Source of the DNA: an uncultured Mollicutes bacterium
GTDB taxonomy: Bacteria > Bacillota_I > Bacilli_A > RFN20 > CAG-826
Length of the DNA stretch: 59,255 nt
Assembly (NCBI GenBank): GCA_900542595.1
Contig: UQOB01000001.1
Location: 1 to 59,255 of the forward strand
Reading direction: 5' to 3'
The first letter of the stretch is position 1; each line of letters opens with the position of its first letter. A model generated the notes under the pieces. That model was not told where the DNA came from, searched no databases, and saw nothing but the letters and a program-made list of their open reading frames with translations. Below, piece by piece: positions 1-7,890 of this stretch. Position numbers and translations under genes: made by a program.

Positions 1-1
1 G

Positions 2-316
2 ATAACGACCCCCGCTTATCCCACCGATAGCCGTAAACAACTGTTCGATGAAGTTCTCTATCTTTATGAAGTTTTGAAATCCGATGATACTTTTAGGCAA
101 CTCTCGCTTTCCTATGCTGATTTAAAAGAAAGCCCCACTATCCAGCAAAGCCTTTTCTCAACCTATGAGGATGACATTAAACAAGAACGCATCGATAAAG
201 CTATCGATAATATTCAAAGAGTTTTCGGGAAGAACGCGGTGATGCGTTGCTCATCCCTTAAAGAGTATTCCACCTATCGACAACGAAACAATCAAATTGG
301 AGGCCATAGAGAATGA
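2..316 (+). CDS. Y-family (translesion) DNA polymerase, C-terminal fragment; the gene starts upstream of the window
   Basis: The frame is open from base 2, so the TTG at 74 in the ORF track is internal. The C-terminal tail ...FGKNAVMRCSSL...RQRNNQIGGH resembles UvrX/YqjW-type PolY proteins. Its stop overlaps the start of a YolD-like ORF (ATGA). Confidence 0.6.
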   Translation: MTTPAYPTDSRKQLFDEVLYLYEVLKSDDTFRQLSLSYADLKESPTIQQSLFSTYEDDIKQERIDKAIDNIQRVFGKNAVMRCSSLKEYSTYRQRNNQIGGHRE

Positions 317-621
317 ACGACGACCGCGGCATGATGAAGTGGCTTTCCTATAAGTCTTTAGTCGAGCAAGAAGCTTTTATTAAAAGCACTTTAGAAGAGC
401 AAAATAAAATTGATAAGCCTCTCTTATCGCAGGATGAAAAGATGGTCATCAATGACTTTTTAGTCAATTATCATGGGGAGAGAATCGTTTTAACCTACTT
501 TAAGGATGGGGTGATTCTCTCATACAATGGAACCATTAAAATCGATACAATTTATCGGAAAATCTATGCAGAAGACTTTGCTTTTCCTTTAAATAACCTA
601 TTATCGATAAAATTTGAATAA
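313..621 (+). CDS. YolD-like protein (UmuD-analogous accessory partner of PolY)
   Basis: 102 aa, translationally coupled to the polymerase gene. The N-terminal RGMMKW..YKSL motif, size and position match YolD/YqjX-like proteins. Confidence 0.55.
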   Translation: MNDDRGMMKWLSYKSLVEQEAFIKSTLEEQNKIDKPLLSQDEKMVINDFLVNYHGERIVLTYFKDGVILSYNGTIKIDTIYRKIYAEDFAFPLNNLLSIKFE

Positions 622-653
622 CTCTGCAAAAACTTAATATTTTCTTTGATAAT

Positions 654-684
654 ACGAAAAAAGCCACTAAAAAGGTGGCTGTTT
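654..684. terminator. Bidirectional rho-independent terminator between convergent genes
   Basis: Stem AGCCAC(T)/(G)GTGGCT at 662-680, flanked by an A-run on one side and GTTT on the other. On the minus strand the hairpin is followed by TTTTTTCG. Confidence 0.6.
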
Positions 685-704
685 AGTTCGTAATGTTCAG
701 GGGT

Positions 705-1931
705 TTAGAACGCCCAGGTGCCGTTACGGAAAATCGGAACTTCTTTCCCGTCTTTATCAACACCGGTGATATTTAAATCCCGGGTTCCAATCATAAAGTC
801 AACGTGGCTTAAGCTTTCATTGATCCCAAAGGAATGGATTTGGTCTTCCGTATATTTTTCAAATTCCGGATAGAGGTTAGTAAAGCCTTTACCGATCGCT
901 AAGTGGCAGCAAGCATTTTCATCATAAAGGGTATTGAAGAAGAGGATGCCAGTTTGATTGATGGGGCTTTCAAAGGGCACTAAAGCGCATTCGCCTAAAT
1001 AGCTGGCCCCTTCATCTAAGGTTAAGATGCTCTTTAAGAGTTCTTCACCTTTTTCCGCGTGGGCTTCCACGACTTTCCCTTCATGGAATCTAAACCAGAA
1101 GTTTTCGATTACTTGCCCATTATAAACCAAGGGCTTCGAGGCATGGACCACCCCTTCGGCTTGGCCCCTCATCGGGCTGGTGAAACATTCTTCGCTCGGG
1201 ATATTGGGTTGGAAGAAAACTCCTCTTAAAGTCTTTTCACCTCCCCCTAAGAAGATGACCCCGGGGATTAAACCGACAGTTAAATCAGTGCCGTTACTGG
1301 CTTGGTAATGGAGACTTCTAAGATTGAGACTATTGAGGTAGTTACATTTCTCTTTGAGGGTTTTTTCATGTCTTTCCCAGTTTTCAATTCCGTTCCCGTC
1401 GTCCGCTCTCGAGGTTTTAAGGATGGCTTCCCAGAGGGCTTCCACCGCTTTTTTCTTGCTTAAGTTCGGAAAGACTTTCTTCGCCCATTTAACGGAGGGG
1501 ACACCAGCGATGACCCATTGATATTTATTTGCCCGGGCTTTGATTAAGCTTTCACACGCCTTATAAGCAACGGTCTTAGCTAAGCTGATCTTTTCCGCGC
1601 TGCAGCCTTTAACGCCATCGGGATCATCGGCATCGAGCCAGATGGTTACTGCGGTTTTATCGGTTTGGTATTGTTGAAGAGCGATAGTCATCGGTGTGAC
1701 CTCTTGTAAGACCTTTTTGCTCATACATTTAAAGGTCAACCGCCGAGCTTTCATACTTTCCCAGTTATAGGCCACTGCGGCCGCTCCGGCTTTATAACAT
1801 TCTTCGGCCACCATGACCGCGAAATCTTCAACTTCCGGTTCTGTCTTGATGACAACGTAGTCGCCTTTTTGCACATTAGCGCCCGTTCTGACGATTAATT
1901 TTGCATAATTTTTTAGTAAACTTTTCTTCAT
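705..1931 (-). CDS. M29-family aminopeptidase (AmpS/PepS-like)
   Basis: The N-terminus MKKSLLKNYAKLIVRTGANVQKGD and overall length are typical of the M29 family. The ATG at 1931 is preceded by GGAGG, so the longer track ORF to 2003 is an unsupported N-terminal extension. Confidence 0.8.
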   Translation of the reverse strand: MKKSLLKNYAKLIVRTGANVQKGDYVVIKTEPEVEDFAVMVAEECYKAGAAAVAYNWESMKARRLTFKCMSKKVLQEVTPMTIALQQYQTDKTAVTIWLDADDPDGVKGCSAEKISLAKTVAYKACESLIKARANKYQWVIAGVPSVKWAKKVFPNLSKKKAVEALWEAILKTSRADDGNGIENWERHEKTLKEKCNYLNSLNLRSLHYQASNGTDLTVGLIPGVIFLGGGEKTLRGVFFQPNIPSEECFTSPMRGQAEGVVHASKPLVYNGQVIENFWFRFHEGKVVEAHAEKGEELLKSILTLDEGASYLGECALVPFESPINQTGILFFNTLYDENACCHLAIGKGFTNLYPEFEKYTEDQIHSFGINESLSHVDFMIGTRDLNITGVDKDGKEVPIFRNGTWAF

Positions 1932-1997
1932 AAAATGCCTCCGCGCATAATTGTAGCAAAAAGAAAATAAATCGATTACGCTTAAAAAGCGAAAAAA

Positions 1998-2035
1998 TAC
2001 CAATAAAATAAAGAGGCTATACGTTAATAAGGTGA
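1998..2035 (+). promoter_or_regulatory. Putative ECF-type promoter, copy A: tACCAATAAAA-N13-CGTTAnTAnGGTGA
   Basis: An identical motif with identical spacing recurs at 3649-3686. It lies directly upstream of the ECF sigma gene. A CGT-containing -10 is typical of ECF promoters. Confidence 0.55.
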
Positions 2036-2039
2036 GGTT

Positions 2040-2555
2040 ATGTTTGGAAAGAATAAAGAATTACTGAAAAGAATTCGACAAGATGACCTCAGCGCTTTCG
2101 ATGAAATCTATAAGATGAGTCAAAAAGCCGTCTACTTTGCGATTTACGTTATCCATCCAAATAACGAAATCTGCGAAGACTTGAGCCAAGAGACGTACCT
2201 CGATTTCTTAAGGAAGAAACCACACCTTAAGAAAGATGAAGATATCGTCCCCTTCCTCGTCAATATGGCGAAAAATAAAGCGCTTGATCTTTATCGAAGA
2301 AAGAAGAAAGAAGGCGTTTTCCCCGAAGACAGTGAAAACTTTATCGGGACCCATGACGCTTTGGAAAGCGATTTGATCGATAAGATCAAAGAAAGATTGA
2401 CCGATAAGGAATATCGGGTCTTCATCTTAAAAGCCTTGGGTGAATATTCATTCCAAGAAATCAGTGAGATGGCCCAAATCCCTCTCGGTACCTGCACCTG
2501 GCTCTATCAAGAAGCCAGAAAGAAACTACAGGAGGTGGGAAAAGCTTATGGATAA
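2040..2555 (+). CDS. ECF-type RNA polymerase sigma-70 family factor
   Basis: 171 aa with a region 2-like segment (DLSQETYLDFLRK) and a region 4 HTH (YSFQEISEMAQIPLGTCTWLYQEARKKL). An SD precedes the ATG. Confidence 0.85.
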   Translation: MFGKNKELLKRIRQDDLSAFDEIYKMSQKAVYFAIYVIHPNNEICEDLSQETYLDFLRKKPHLKKDEDIVPFLVNMAKNKALDLYRRKKKEGVFPEDSENFIGTHDALESDLIDKIKERLTDKEYRVFILKALGEYSFQEISEMAQIPLGTCTWLYQEARKKLQEVGKAYG

Positions 2556-3633
2556 GTTTGAAGACAAAAAGAAAATTATCGACAGCATCTCTTCGCCGAC
2601 CCCCCGTGATCTTTCGGGGAAGATTAAAAATATCTATTTAGCTGAACAAAAAGAAAAGAAGGCGAAGAAACGGATTCAAACCAAGGTTTGGGGTCCGGTG
2701 TTCGGCACCGCTTTCGGCGCGCTTTTAGTCGTCGCGGTAGCGGTTCCTTTAGCTTTACAAGGGGATGGCGCCATCGATACTAACTCAACAACTGGTGGAA
2801 CTAGCCACACCAGCCAAACCAACTTACCGCCGCTCCCGGTTTTTAACCAGGCCGACAGCGAGCAAATCGCCTACTGCGTCGCCAGCGCTAATAATATCCT
2901 CGGGCAAAACGGAATGAGCCCGGTCCAAAACCTCATTAAAAGACGGGCCCTTCCGGAAAACGATAAAAACATCATCCAAGGGAAATTAACTAATATTCAC
3001 CCTTACGTCGTCACCGGGGAAGCGATGCTCAATAATAACTTCGCTTTAACCTCCACTCTCACCCAAAGTGGGAGGGATGATTACCCCTACTTAATGACCA
3101 TCGTCGATGGGGAAGAAATGGTTAACTTCTATTTCAAAGAAACCTTAAAAGAACAAGAGGATGATGAGCAAGAATTCCACATCCAAGGGGAAATCACGGT
3201 CCATGAAGAAACCTATATGGTGATCGGGGAAAAGGAACTGGAAGTTGGAGAATATGAAATCGAATTCCGCATCTATTTCGATGAAAATAACCTCAATCAA
3301 TATCTTTTAATTGAAGAAGAAACCGAAAAGGAAGAGGGAGAAGTTGAAATCTCTTATTCCTATTCTTATGTTGGTTTCGGGGAAACCAAAATCATCGAAG
3401 TTAATTACGAAGCAGAAAATAACGAAAAGGCCGTTGAGCTTTTATATGAACAAGGAAATATTAAAGATGAATACCGGCTCTACTACAGCCGGAACAACGT
3501 TTTAACCTTAGAAATGAAGAGCGATGATTATGAACTCAGCTTTAAGGTTGAAAATGTCATCGAGGAAGGGGTTCCCGCTTTATCCTACATATTAAATAGC
3601 GACCCGCCTTTCTCCTTGATTCTTAAAAAATAA
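2548..3633 (+). CDS. Putative anti-sigma factor: short cytoplasmic N-terminus, one TM helix, acidic extracytoplasmic domain
   Basis: The ATG at 2548 overlaps the sigma stop by 8 nt and follows GGAGGTGG. The TM helix is VWGPVFGTAFGALLVVAVAVPLAL. The call rests on position and topology; there is no zinc-binding HxxxCxxC motif. The track start at 2440 lies inside the sigma gene and is rejected. Confidence 0.6.
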   Translation: MDKFEDKKKIIDSISSPTPRDLSGKIKNIYLAEQKEKKAKKRIQTKVWGPVFGTAFGALLVVAVAVPLALQGDGAIDTNSTTGGTSHTSQTNLPPLPVFNQADSEQIAYCVASANNILGQNGMSPVQNLIKRRALPENDKNIIQGKLTNIHPYVVTGEAMLNNNFALTSTLTQSGRDDYPYLMTIVDGEEMVNFYFKETLKEQEDDEQEFHIQGEITVHEETYMVIGEKELEVGEYEIEFRIYFDENNLNQYLLIEEETEKEEGEVEISYSYSYVGFGETKIIEVNYEAENNEKAVELLYEQGNIKDEYRLYYSRNNVLTLEMKSDDYELSFKVENVIEEGVPALSYILNSDPPFSLILKK

Positions 3634-3648
3634 AAAATTTCAAAAATT

Positions 3649-3686
3649 TACCAATAAAAACCAAAGCTCACTCGTTAGTATGGTGA
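3649..3686 (+). promoter_or_regulatory. Putative ECF-type promoter, copy B: tACCAATAAAA-N13-CGTTAnTAnGGTGA
   Basis: Same motif and spacing as 1998-2035. It sits immediately upstream of the lipoprotein gene that is paralogous to the anti-sigma ectodomain. Confidence 0.55.
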
Positions 3687-3701
3687 AAGGTGGTAAATCA
3701 C

Positions 3702-4619
3702 ATGAATAAAAAATTACTTCTCACTCCCATTATCATGGGGGCCGCTCTCGTGAGTTGCACCACAACCGAGGGCTCAACTATTCTTCCCAACACTTCGACT
3801 ACTGATACGACAACTAGTCAAACCGGGTCGGAAGTGGCTGGGCTCAACATCTACGCTTATGAAGCGGCGACCTCTGTCGGCTTAGTCAATCTCTTAAAAG
3901 CCCCGCAGGTCATGGCCCTTCAAAGCGATGCTCCGAGCGGGCAAACGACAGCGGATCTCATCGCTCAATATCTCCCGACCGCGGAAGCTGTCCTCTTAGG
4001 GGAACAAAACCTCTTCACTGAAACGACAGTCGAAAGCGATCTTCCCGAATATCAGACCAAAGTAATCGTGAATTACAAGGATATTACGTTAACCGACGTC
4101 TCCTTTACGATGTATTACAACGAAACCATCAAGCACGATGACGATGATGATTGGGACGATGACGATGACTGGGATGACGATTGGGATGAACAAGATGAAA
4201 TCGAACAAGAAAGCTATATCGATGGCATCATCCAAATCGGTCAAGACACCTTCACCTTAAGAGGGGAAAAGGAAATGGAAGAAGATGAACTGGAAACTTC
4301 CTTCCGTTACTTCACCGATGAAAATACCTACGTCTTAGTTGAACAAGAAATCGAAAATGACGAACAAGAATTCAACTACACGGTGGTGAAAAACGGGCGG
4401 AAAGTCTATGACTACTCCTTAGAAGCGGAAGACCAAGAAATCGAAATGGAAATCCGCGGCACCGATGTCGGGATGCAAAAATATAAGATGCAACTCTTCC
4501 GAAAAGACGGAGTTACCTATATTAAAGTCAGAAGCCTCAATAACGGCAACCGGGAAAGCTATCTCTTCAAAAAGGTCATCGACCAAACCACTGGCTTAGC
4601 TACCTACGTCCTCGCGTAA
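3702..4619 (+). CDS. Acidic lipoprotein paralogous to the anti-sigma ectodomain, with an Asp/Trp tract
   Basis: Signal peptide MNKKLLLTPIIMGAALVS|C with lipobox LVSC. It aligns with 2548-3633 over most of the mature part. An alternative GTG start at 3690 cannot be excluded. Confidence 0.7.
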   Translation: MNKKLLLTPIIMGAALVSCTTTEGSTILPNTSTTDTTTSQTGSEVAGLNIYAYEAATSVGLVNLLKAPQVMALQSDAPSGQTTADLIAQYLPTAEAVLLGEQNLFTETTVESDLPEYQTKVIVNYKDITLTDVSFTMYYNETIKHDDDDDWDDDDDWDDDWDEQDEIEQESYIDGIIQIGQDTFTLRGEKEMEEDELETSFRYFTDENTYVLVEQEIENDEQEFNYTVVKNGRKVYDYSLEAEDQEIEMEIRGTDVGMQKYKMQLFRKDGVTYIKVRSLNNGNRESYLFKKVIDQTTGLATYVLA

Positions 4620-4630
4620 CAATATTCAAA

Positions 4631-4658
4631 GACCTAGAAAGCCCTTCTAGGTCTTTTT
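4631..4658 (+). terminator. Rho-independent terminator after the lipoprotein gene
   Basis: GACCTAGAA-agccc-TTCTAGGTC followed by TTTTT. Confidence 0.8.
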
Positions 4659-4699
4659 CTTTGCCCTCTTTTTTGCGACAATTAAGGCAGGTGGACATT

Positions 4700-5461
4700 A
4701 TGAAAAATAAAGAACGAAAGAAAGCATTAAATAAGACCGCTCTCGTGTGGGATTTTATCGAAGCGGCCCTCCTTATGGTGGTCGGACTTCTCTTAATCAT
4801 TTTCTCGAGTGATGAAAGTTTAAGAAAATCTGTTTATCTCGTGGTCGGGATGTTCCTCTCTTTAAGCGGGATAACGAGAATCGTCTTAAATATCTTACCG
4901 TACGCGATGCTCAATGCCGCGCAAGAAAACGCCAAAGTCGACATCATGAAAAACTTTAAGCTCAGCATGCTTGTCCTCGGGGCTAGCGAACTCGCGCTCG
5001 GGATCACTTTCATCGTTTTCTACATTCAAAAAGACCAAGCTTTCTTCGATAGCATCGCTTTCTTTATCTCTAACTTAGTCTCCATCATCTTAATGGTGGT
5101 TGGCTTATCTTTCATGGTGACTTCTATCGTTTTCTTCAGCAAGAAACTCAACAATACCTTAACCAATACCTTACTTTTACTCTTAAGCATCGGTCTGATT
5201 GTCTTAGGGGTTTTAGTCTTAATCTTCATCAACGATGCCGCGATTCTTGAACAAATCACCTTGATTGTCATCGGGATTATCTTCATCGTGACCGCTATCG
5301 CGAGCATCTGCCATATCGTGCTCATCTTAAAAACTAATAAACGGCTAAAAGAGAAAATCGAAAAGATGAAAACAGCCGAAGAAATCGAAGATAAAACCTT
5401 GCTATTAGAAGAAAAAGATAAAACTACTCTTCCTGATGAGTCAACTTCAGAACACCAGTAA
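4700..5461 (+). CDS. Multi-pass membrane protein (possibly DUF308/HdeD-like), acidic C-terminal tail
   Basis: The ATG at 4700 follows AGGCAGGTGG. There are about six hydrophobic helices with repeated G-rich pairs. The family call is tentative. Confidence 0.5.
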   Translation: MKNKERKKALNKTALVWDFIEAALLMVVGLLLIIFSSDESLRKSVYLVVGMFLSLSGITRIVLNILPYAMLNAAQENAKVDIMKNFKLSMLVLGASELALGITFIVFYIQKDQAFFDSIAFFISNLVSIILMVVGLSFMVTSIVFFSKKLNNTLTNTLLLLLSIGLIVLGVLVLIFINDAAILEQITLIVIGIIFIVTAIASICHIVLILKTNKRLKEKIEKMKTAEEIEDKTLLLEEKDKTTLPDESTSEHQ

Positions 5462-6038
5462 GTTCTAAGAAATGCGGTAAAGAGCGGCACCAATCACAGA
5501 AAACGTGCCACTCTTTTAATTTATGAGCGTACCGTTGAATAAACATCGTTTTTAATTGTTGATAGTTTGTTGTCATCGTCGCTCCTAAACAGAAACCAGA
5601 AGGAAGGGACGCGACGAGGACCCGCCACTTGGCTTTTCGTTCGGGTTCTGGGGTGTCTTCACTTAAAGCGTTATATTCATCAATTAAGGTTTGAATCCGG
5701 TCAAGGATGATGGGGTCAGTATCCGCCACACATTGATCTTTGACTTTGAATTTCAAAAGGCAATGCATGGTGCTTTGGCTGCTGATGAAGTCAAACCAAT
5801 GGTATCTTTGAGCTTCTTTCCACCAGAAAAGTGGCGCGGTTACATCGAGTTGCACGAGGATACCTTTTAAGTAATTATCGTGCCCTTCACCATTTCTCGT
5901 TTGCCCTAAGCGGCTCGCTCTAAGGAAATCTTTTTCGGTCGTTTCCGAAGTATCGATTTTAGTCCGCATCGGGTTACCGCTGGCTTTGACGGCTCTTTCA
6001 AGCCCATAAACGTAAGTGTTTTCTATTTTGAAGTCCAT
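5424..6038 (-). CDS. Divergent ThyX-fold protein (ThyX signature not conserved)
   Basis: The ATG at 6038 follows GGGAGG by 7 nt. The segment GHDNYLKGILVQLDVTAPLFWWKEAQRYHWFDFISSQSTMH and the C-terminal LPSG...TNYQQLKTMFIQR resemble the ThyX core, but RHRxxS reads RYHWFD. The gene overlaps the folD stop. Confidence 0.5.
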   Translation of the reverse strand: MDFKIENTYVYGLERAVKASGNPMRTKIDTSETTEKDFLRASRLGQTRNGEGHDNYLKGILVQLDVTAPLFWWKEAQRYHWFDFISSQSTMHCLLKFKVKDQCVADTDPIILDRIQTLIDEYNALSEDTPEPERKAKWRVLVASLPSGFCLGATMTTNYQQLKTMFIQRYAHKLKEWHVFCDWCRSLPHFLELTGVLKLTHQEE

Positions 6039-6823
6039 AAAGTTGCCTCCCATAAATTTTTAAGTAAAGCGAGGCGGGTTAAAAGCCCCACTCCTTTCGG
6101 CACTGGCGATTGGAAACTGACCGGGAGATTTCGTTCCATATCCCCGATGAGTTTATTGTTTTCGTCGCGGTTAATACCGACATCGATTAAGACCGCTGAT
6201 GGTTTTAAGGTATAGGTATGATCAATGATGTTGATGTGCCCAACCGCGGAGACAAGTAAATCCGCATGAGCAGCGTAGAACCTTTTATCTTCTTCTTTGG
6301 TTTTGCTGTGAAGAACAGTGACATTCATGTTCTTTTGGAGAAGGAGTTTCGCTAGAGGTTTACCGACGATATTGCTTCGCCCAATGACGACCGCGTTTTT
6401 TCCTTCAAAAGGGAAATTCATGTCAGTTAAATAATCGATGATGCCTTTTGGAGTGCAAGGAGTGAAATGGCTCCCTAAAGTGAAACCATCGACATCTTTT
6501 TTCGGGTTTATAGCATTCACTAATTTTTGTTCATTTAAATGCTTAGGAATCGGGAGTTGAAGCAAGATGCCATCATAATTCTTGTCATCATTGAGTCTGA
6601 GAATAGTGTTTAAAATTTCCGTTTCTTCCACTTCGACCGGAAATTTAAAAAGGTCCGCTTTAATCCCCACTTCCTCGCTATCTTTGATCTTCCCTTTGAT
6701 GTAAGAATTACTAGCGGGGTTATCCCCCACTTGTAAAATAGCGAGTCCCGGGATTTTCGGACTCTCGCTTATGAGTTTCTTTAAACGTTCTTTTTCACTT
6801 TTAACGTAATCGACGATTACCAT
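6023..6823 (-). CDS. folD: Bifunctional methylenetetrahydrofolate dehydrogenase/cyclohydrolase
   Basis: LAILQVGDNPASNSYIKGKIK, VVIGRSNIVGKPLA and PVPKGVGLLT are typical FolD motifs. Confidence 0.9.
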   Translation of the reverse strand: MVIVDYVKSEKERLKKLISESPKIPGLAILQVGDNPASNSYIKGKIKDSEEVGIKADLFKFPVEVEETEILNTILRLNDDKNYDGILLQLPIPKHLNEQKLVNAINPKKDVDGFTLGSHFTPCTPKGIIDYLTDMNFPFEGKNAVVIGRSNIVGKPLAKLLLQKNMNVTVLHSKTKEEDKRFYAAHADLLVSAVGHINIIDHTYTLKPSAVLIDVGINRDENNKLIGDMERNLPVSFQSPVPKGVGLLTRLALLKNLWEATLWTSK

Positions 6824-6868
6824 ACAAAAATATTTTAAAGAGGTCTAAAGAAAAGGAAAACAACTAAG

Positions 6869-7180
6869 TTAAATTAAAGCAGTAAGTAAGTTAGCAGCTG
6901 CGACCGCTTGATCAGCGGAAGAAGCACTATCGGTAGAACCTCCGCTATTGACCGAGGTTAAAACCATGATCAAAAGGGCCATGAATAAGAAGAGAATGGC
7001 GAAGCCGAAAGTTAACCAGCTGATGATTTTTTCGCTGCCCCGTTCCTTCGTTTTAGCAAAAACGTTAAGACCACCACCGGTGATGGCGCCAGACGCCCCT
7101 TCGGATTTACCGCCTTGGAGAAGCGATAAGACAATCACGATTAAGGCAACAATTAAGAATAGAATATCGTACCACTGCAT
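6869..7180 (-). CDS. secG: Preprotein translocase subunit SecG
   Basis: 103 aa with two TM helices separated by a G-rich loop LLQGGKSEGASGAITGGG. Confidence 0.8.
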   Translation of the reverse strand: MQWYDILFLIVALIVIVLSLLQGGKSEGASGAITGGGLNVFAKTKERGSEKIISWLTFGFAILFLFMALLIMVLTSVNSGGSTDSASSADQAVAAANLLTALI

Positions 7181-7215
7181 TTTAAAACCTGTTGCTCGCT
7201 TTTAAGCGCCCCTTA

Positions 7216-7244
7216 AATATAGGGCAATAGCGTTCTTTTGTAAA
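7216..7244 (-). promoter_or_regulatory. Putative sigma-A promoter of secG (TTTACA-17-TATATT)
   Basis: Read on the minus strand as TTTACAaaagaacgctattgcccTATATT, about 35 nt upstream of the secG ATG. Confidence 0.45.
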
Positions 7245-7254
7245 TCGAAAAATA

Positions 7255-7890
7255 CTATTCTTGCGGTAAAAGGTCTTCCTCCTTCAGGAGGAAAGAGAGG
7301 GAAGAAATCTTCGTTTTGTGGTAGGAAGGATATTCATTCTTCCGGTCAATGAGGATGCCTTTGATGCCAGCGTTTTCAGCCGCTAGCATGTCATTTAAGC
7401 TATCCCCGACATAAACAGCCTGTTCTTTCGGGCAATTAAGCTTTTCTAAAGTGAAGAGAAGGCCATCGGGATATGGTTTAGGTTTTTCAACAATATCATT
7501 ACCAACTAAGATAGCGAAGTCTTTTTCAACATCGAACATTTTTAAAACTTTGCTGATATGGAGCACACTGTTACCAGTCATGATGGCTAAGGTGTACCCT
7601 TGCTCCTTAAGTTTATTCAAAGTTTCTTTGGTCTCCGGAAAGATATCCGTTAATTCAATGTTCTTTGGGTAATCCAGAGCGGCTATGATGGTTCTCACGA
7701 AAGGTTCGAGATGCGGTGGCATGATTTTTCGTTCCTCAATCACCTTTTGAAGCGAAACATGGATATAGTCCGCGACTTGTTCTTTCGTGCATTCTTCCCC
7801 GATGACGTGGAAAGCTTCTTGGTAGACTGGAACTAAGGCCCGGTACGAGTCAAAAAGCGTGCCATCAAAATCAAAAATGACTAATTTCAT
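7255..7890 (-). CDS. HAD-IA family hydrolase (phosphoglycolate phosphatase-like)
   Basis: Motif I is [10 protein letters not shown], followed by MTGNS and the [14 protein letters not shown] motif. Confidence 0.8.
   Translation of the reverse strand: MKLVIFDFDGTLFDSYRALVPVYQEAFHVIGEECTKEQVADYIHVSLQKVIEERKIMPPHLEPFVRTIIAALDYPKNIELTDIFPETKETLNKLKEQGYTLAIMTGNSVLHISKVLKMFDVEKDFAILVGNDIVEKPKPYPDGLLFTLEKLNCPKEQAVYVGDSLNDMLAAENAGIKGILIDRKNEYPSYHKTKISSLSFLLKEEDLLPQE

Noticed and set aside
1932-2003. N-terminal extension of the aminopeptidase ORF (MVFFRFLSVIDLFSFCYNYARRHF).
   Set aside because: The ATG at 1931 has a GGAGG SD and matches the usual M29 N-terminus. The extension would run through the divergent promoter region.
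2440-2547. Upstream part of the 397-aa ORF overlapping the sigma gene.
   Set aside because: It lies inside the sigma factor coding sequence in another frame. The ATG at 2548, with an SD and stop/start overlap, is the natural start.
5424-5461. 38-nt convergent overlap of the 3' ends of the membrane protein gene and the ThyX-like gene; there is a similar 17-nt overlap at 25272-25288 (rsmI/yfhO-like).
   Set aside because: I considered this a sign of a frameshift or mis-called end. Both frames read through cleanly to their stops, and the tails are plausible low-conservation C-termini. It cannot be resolved without orthologs.
5026-5493. 155-aa minus-strand ORF antisense to the membrane protein gene.
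   Set aside because: It is a shadow ORF. It lies entirely within 4700-5461, which has coherent TM-helix periodicity, and it has no SD or recognisable motif.
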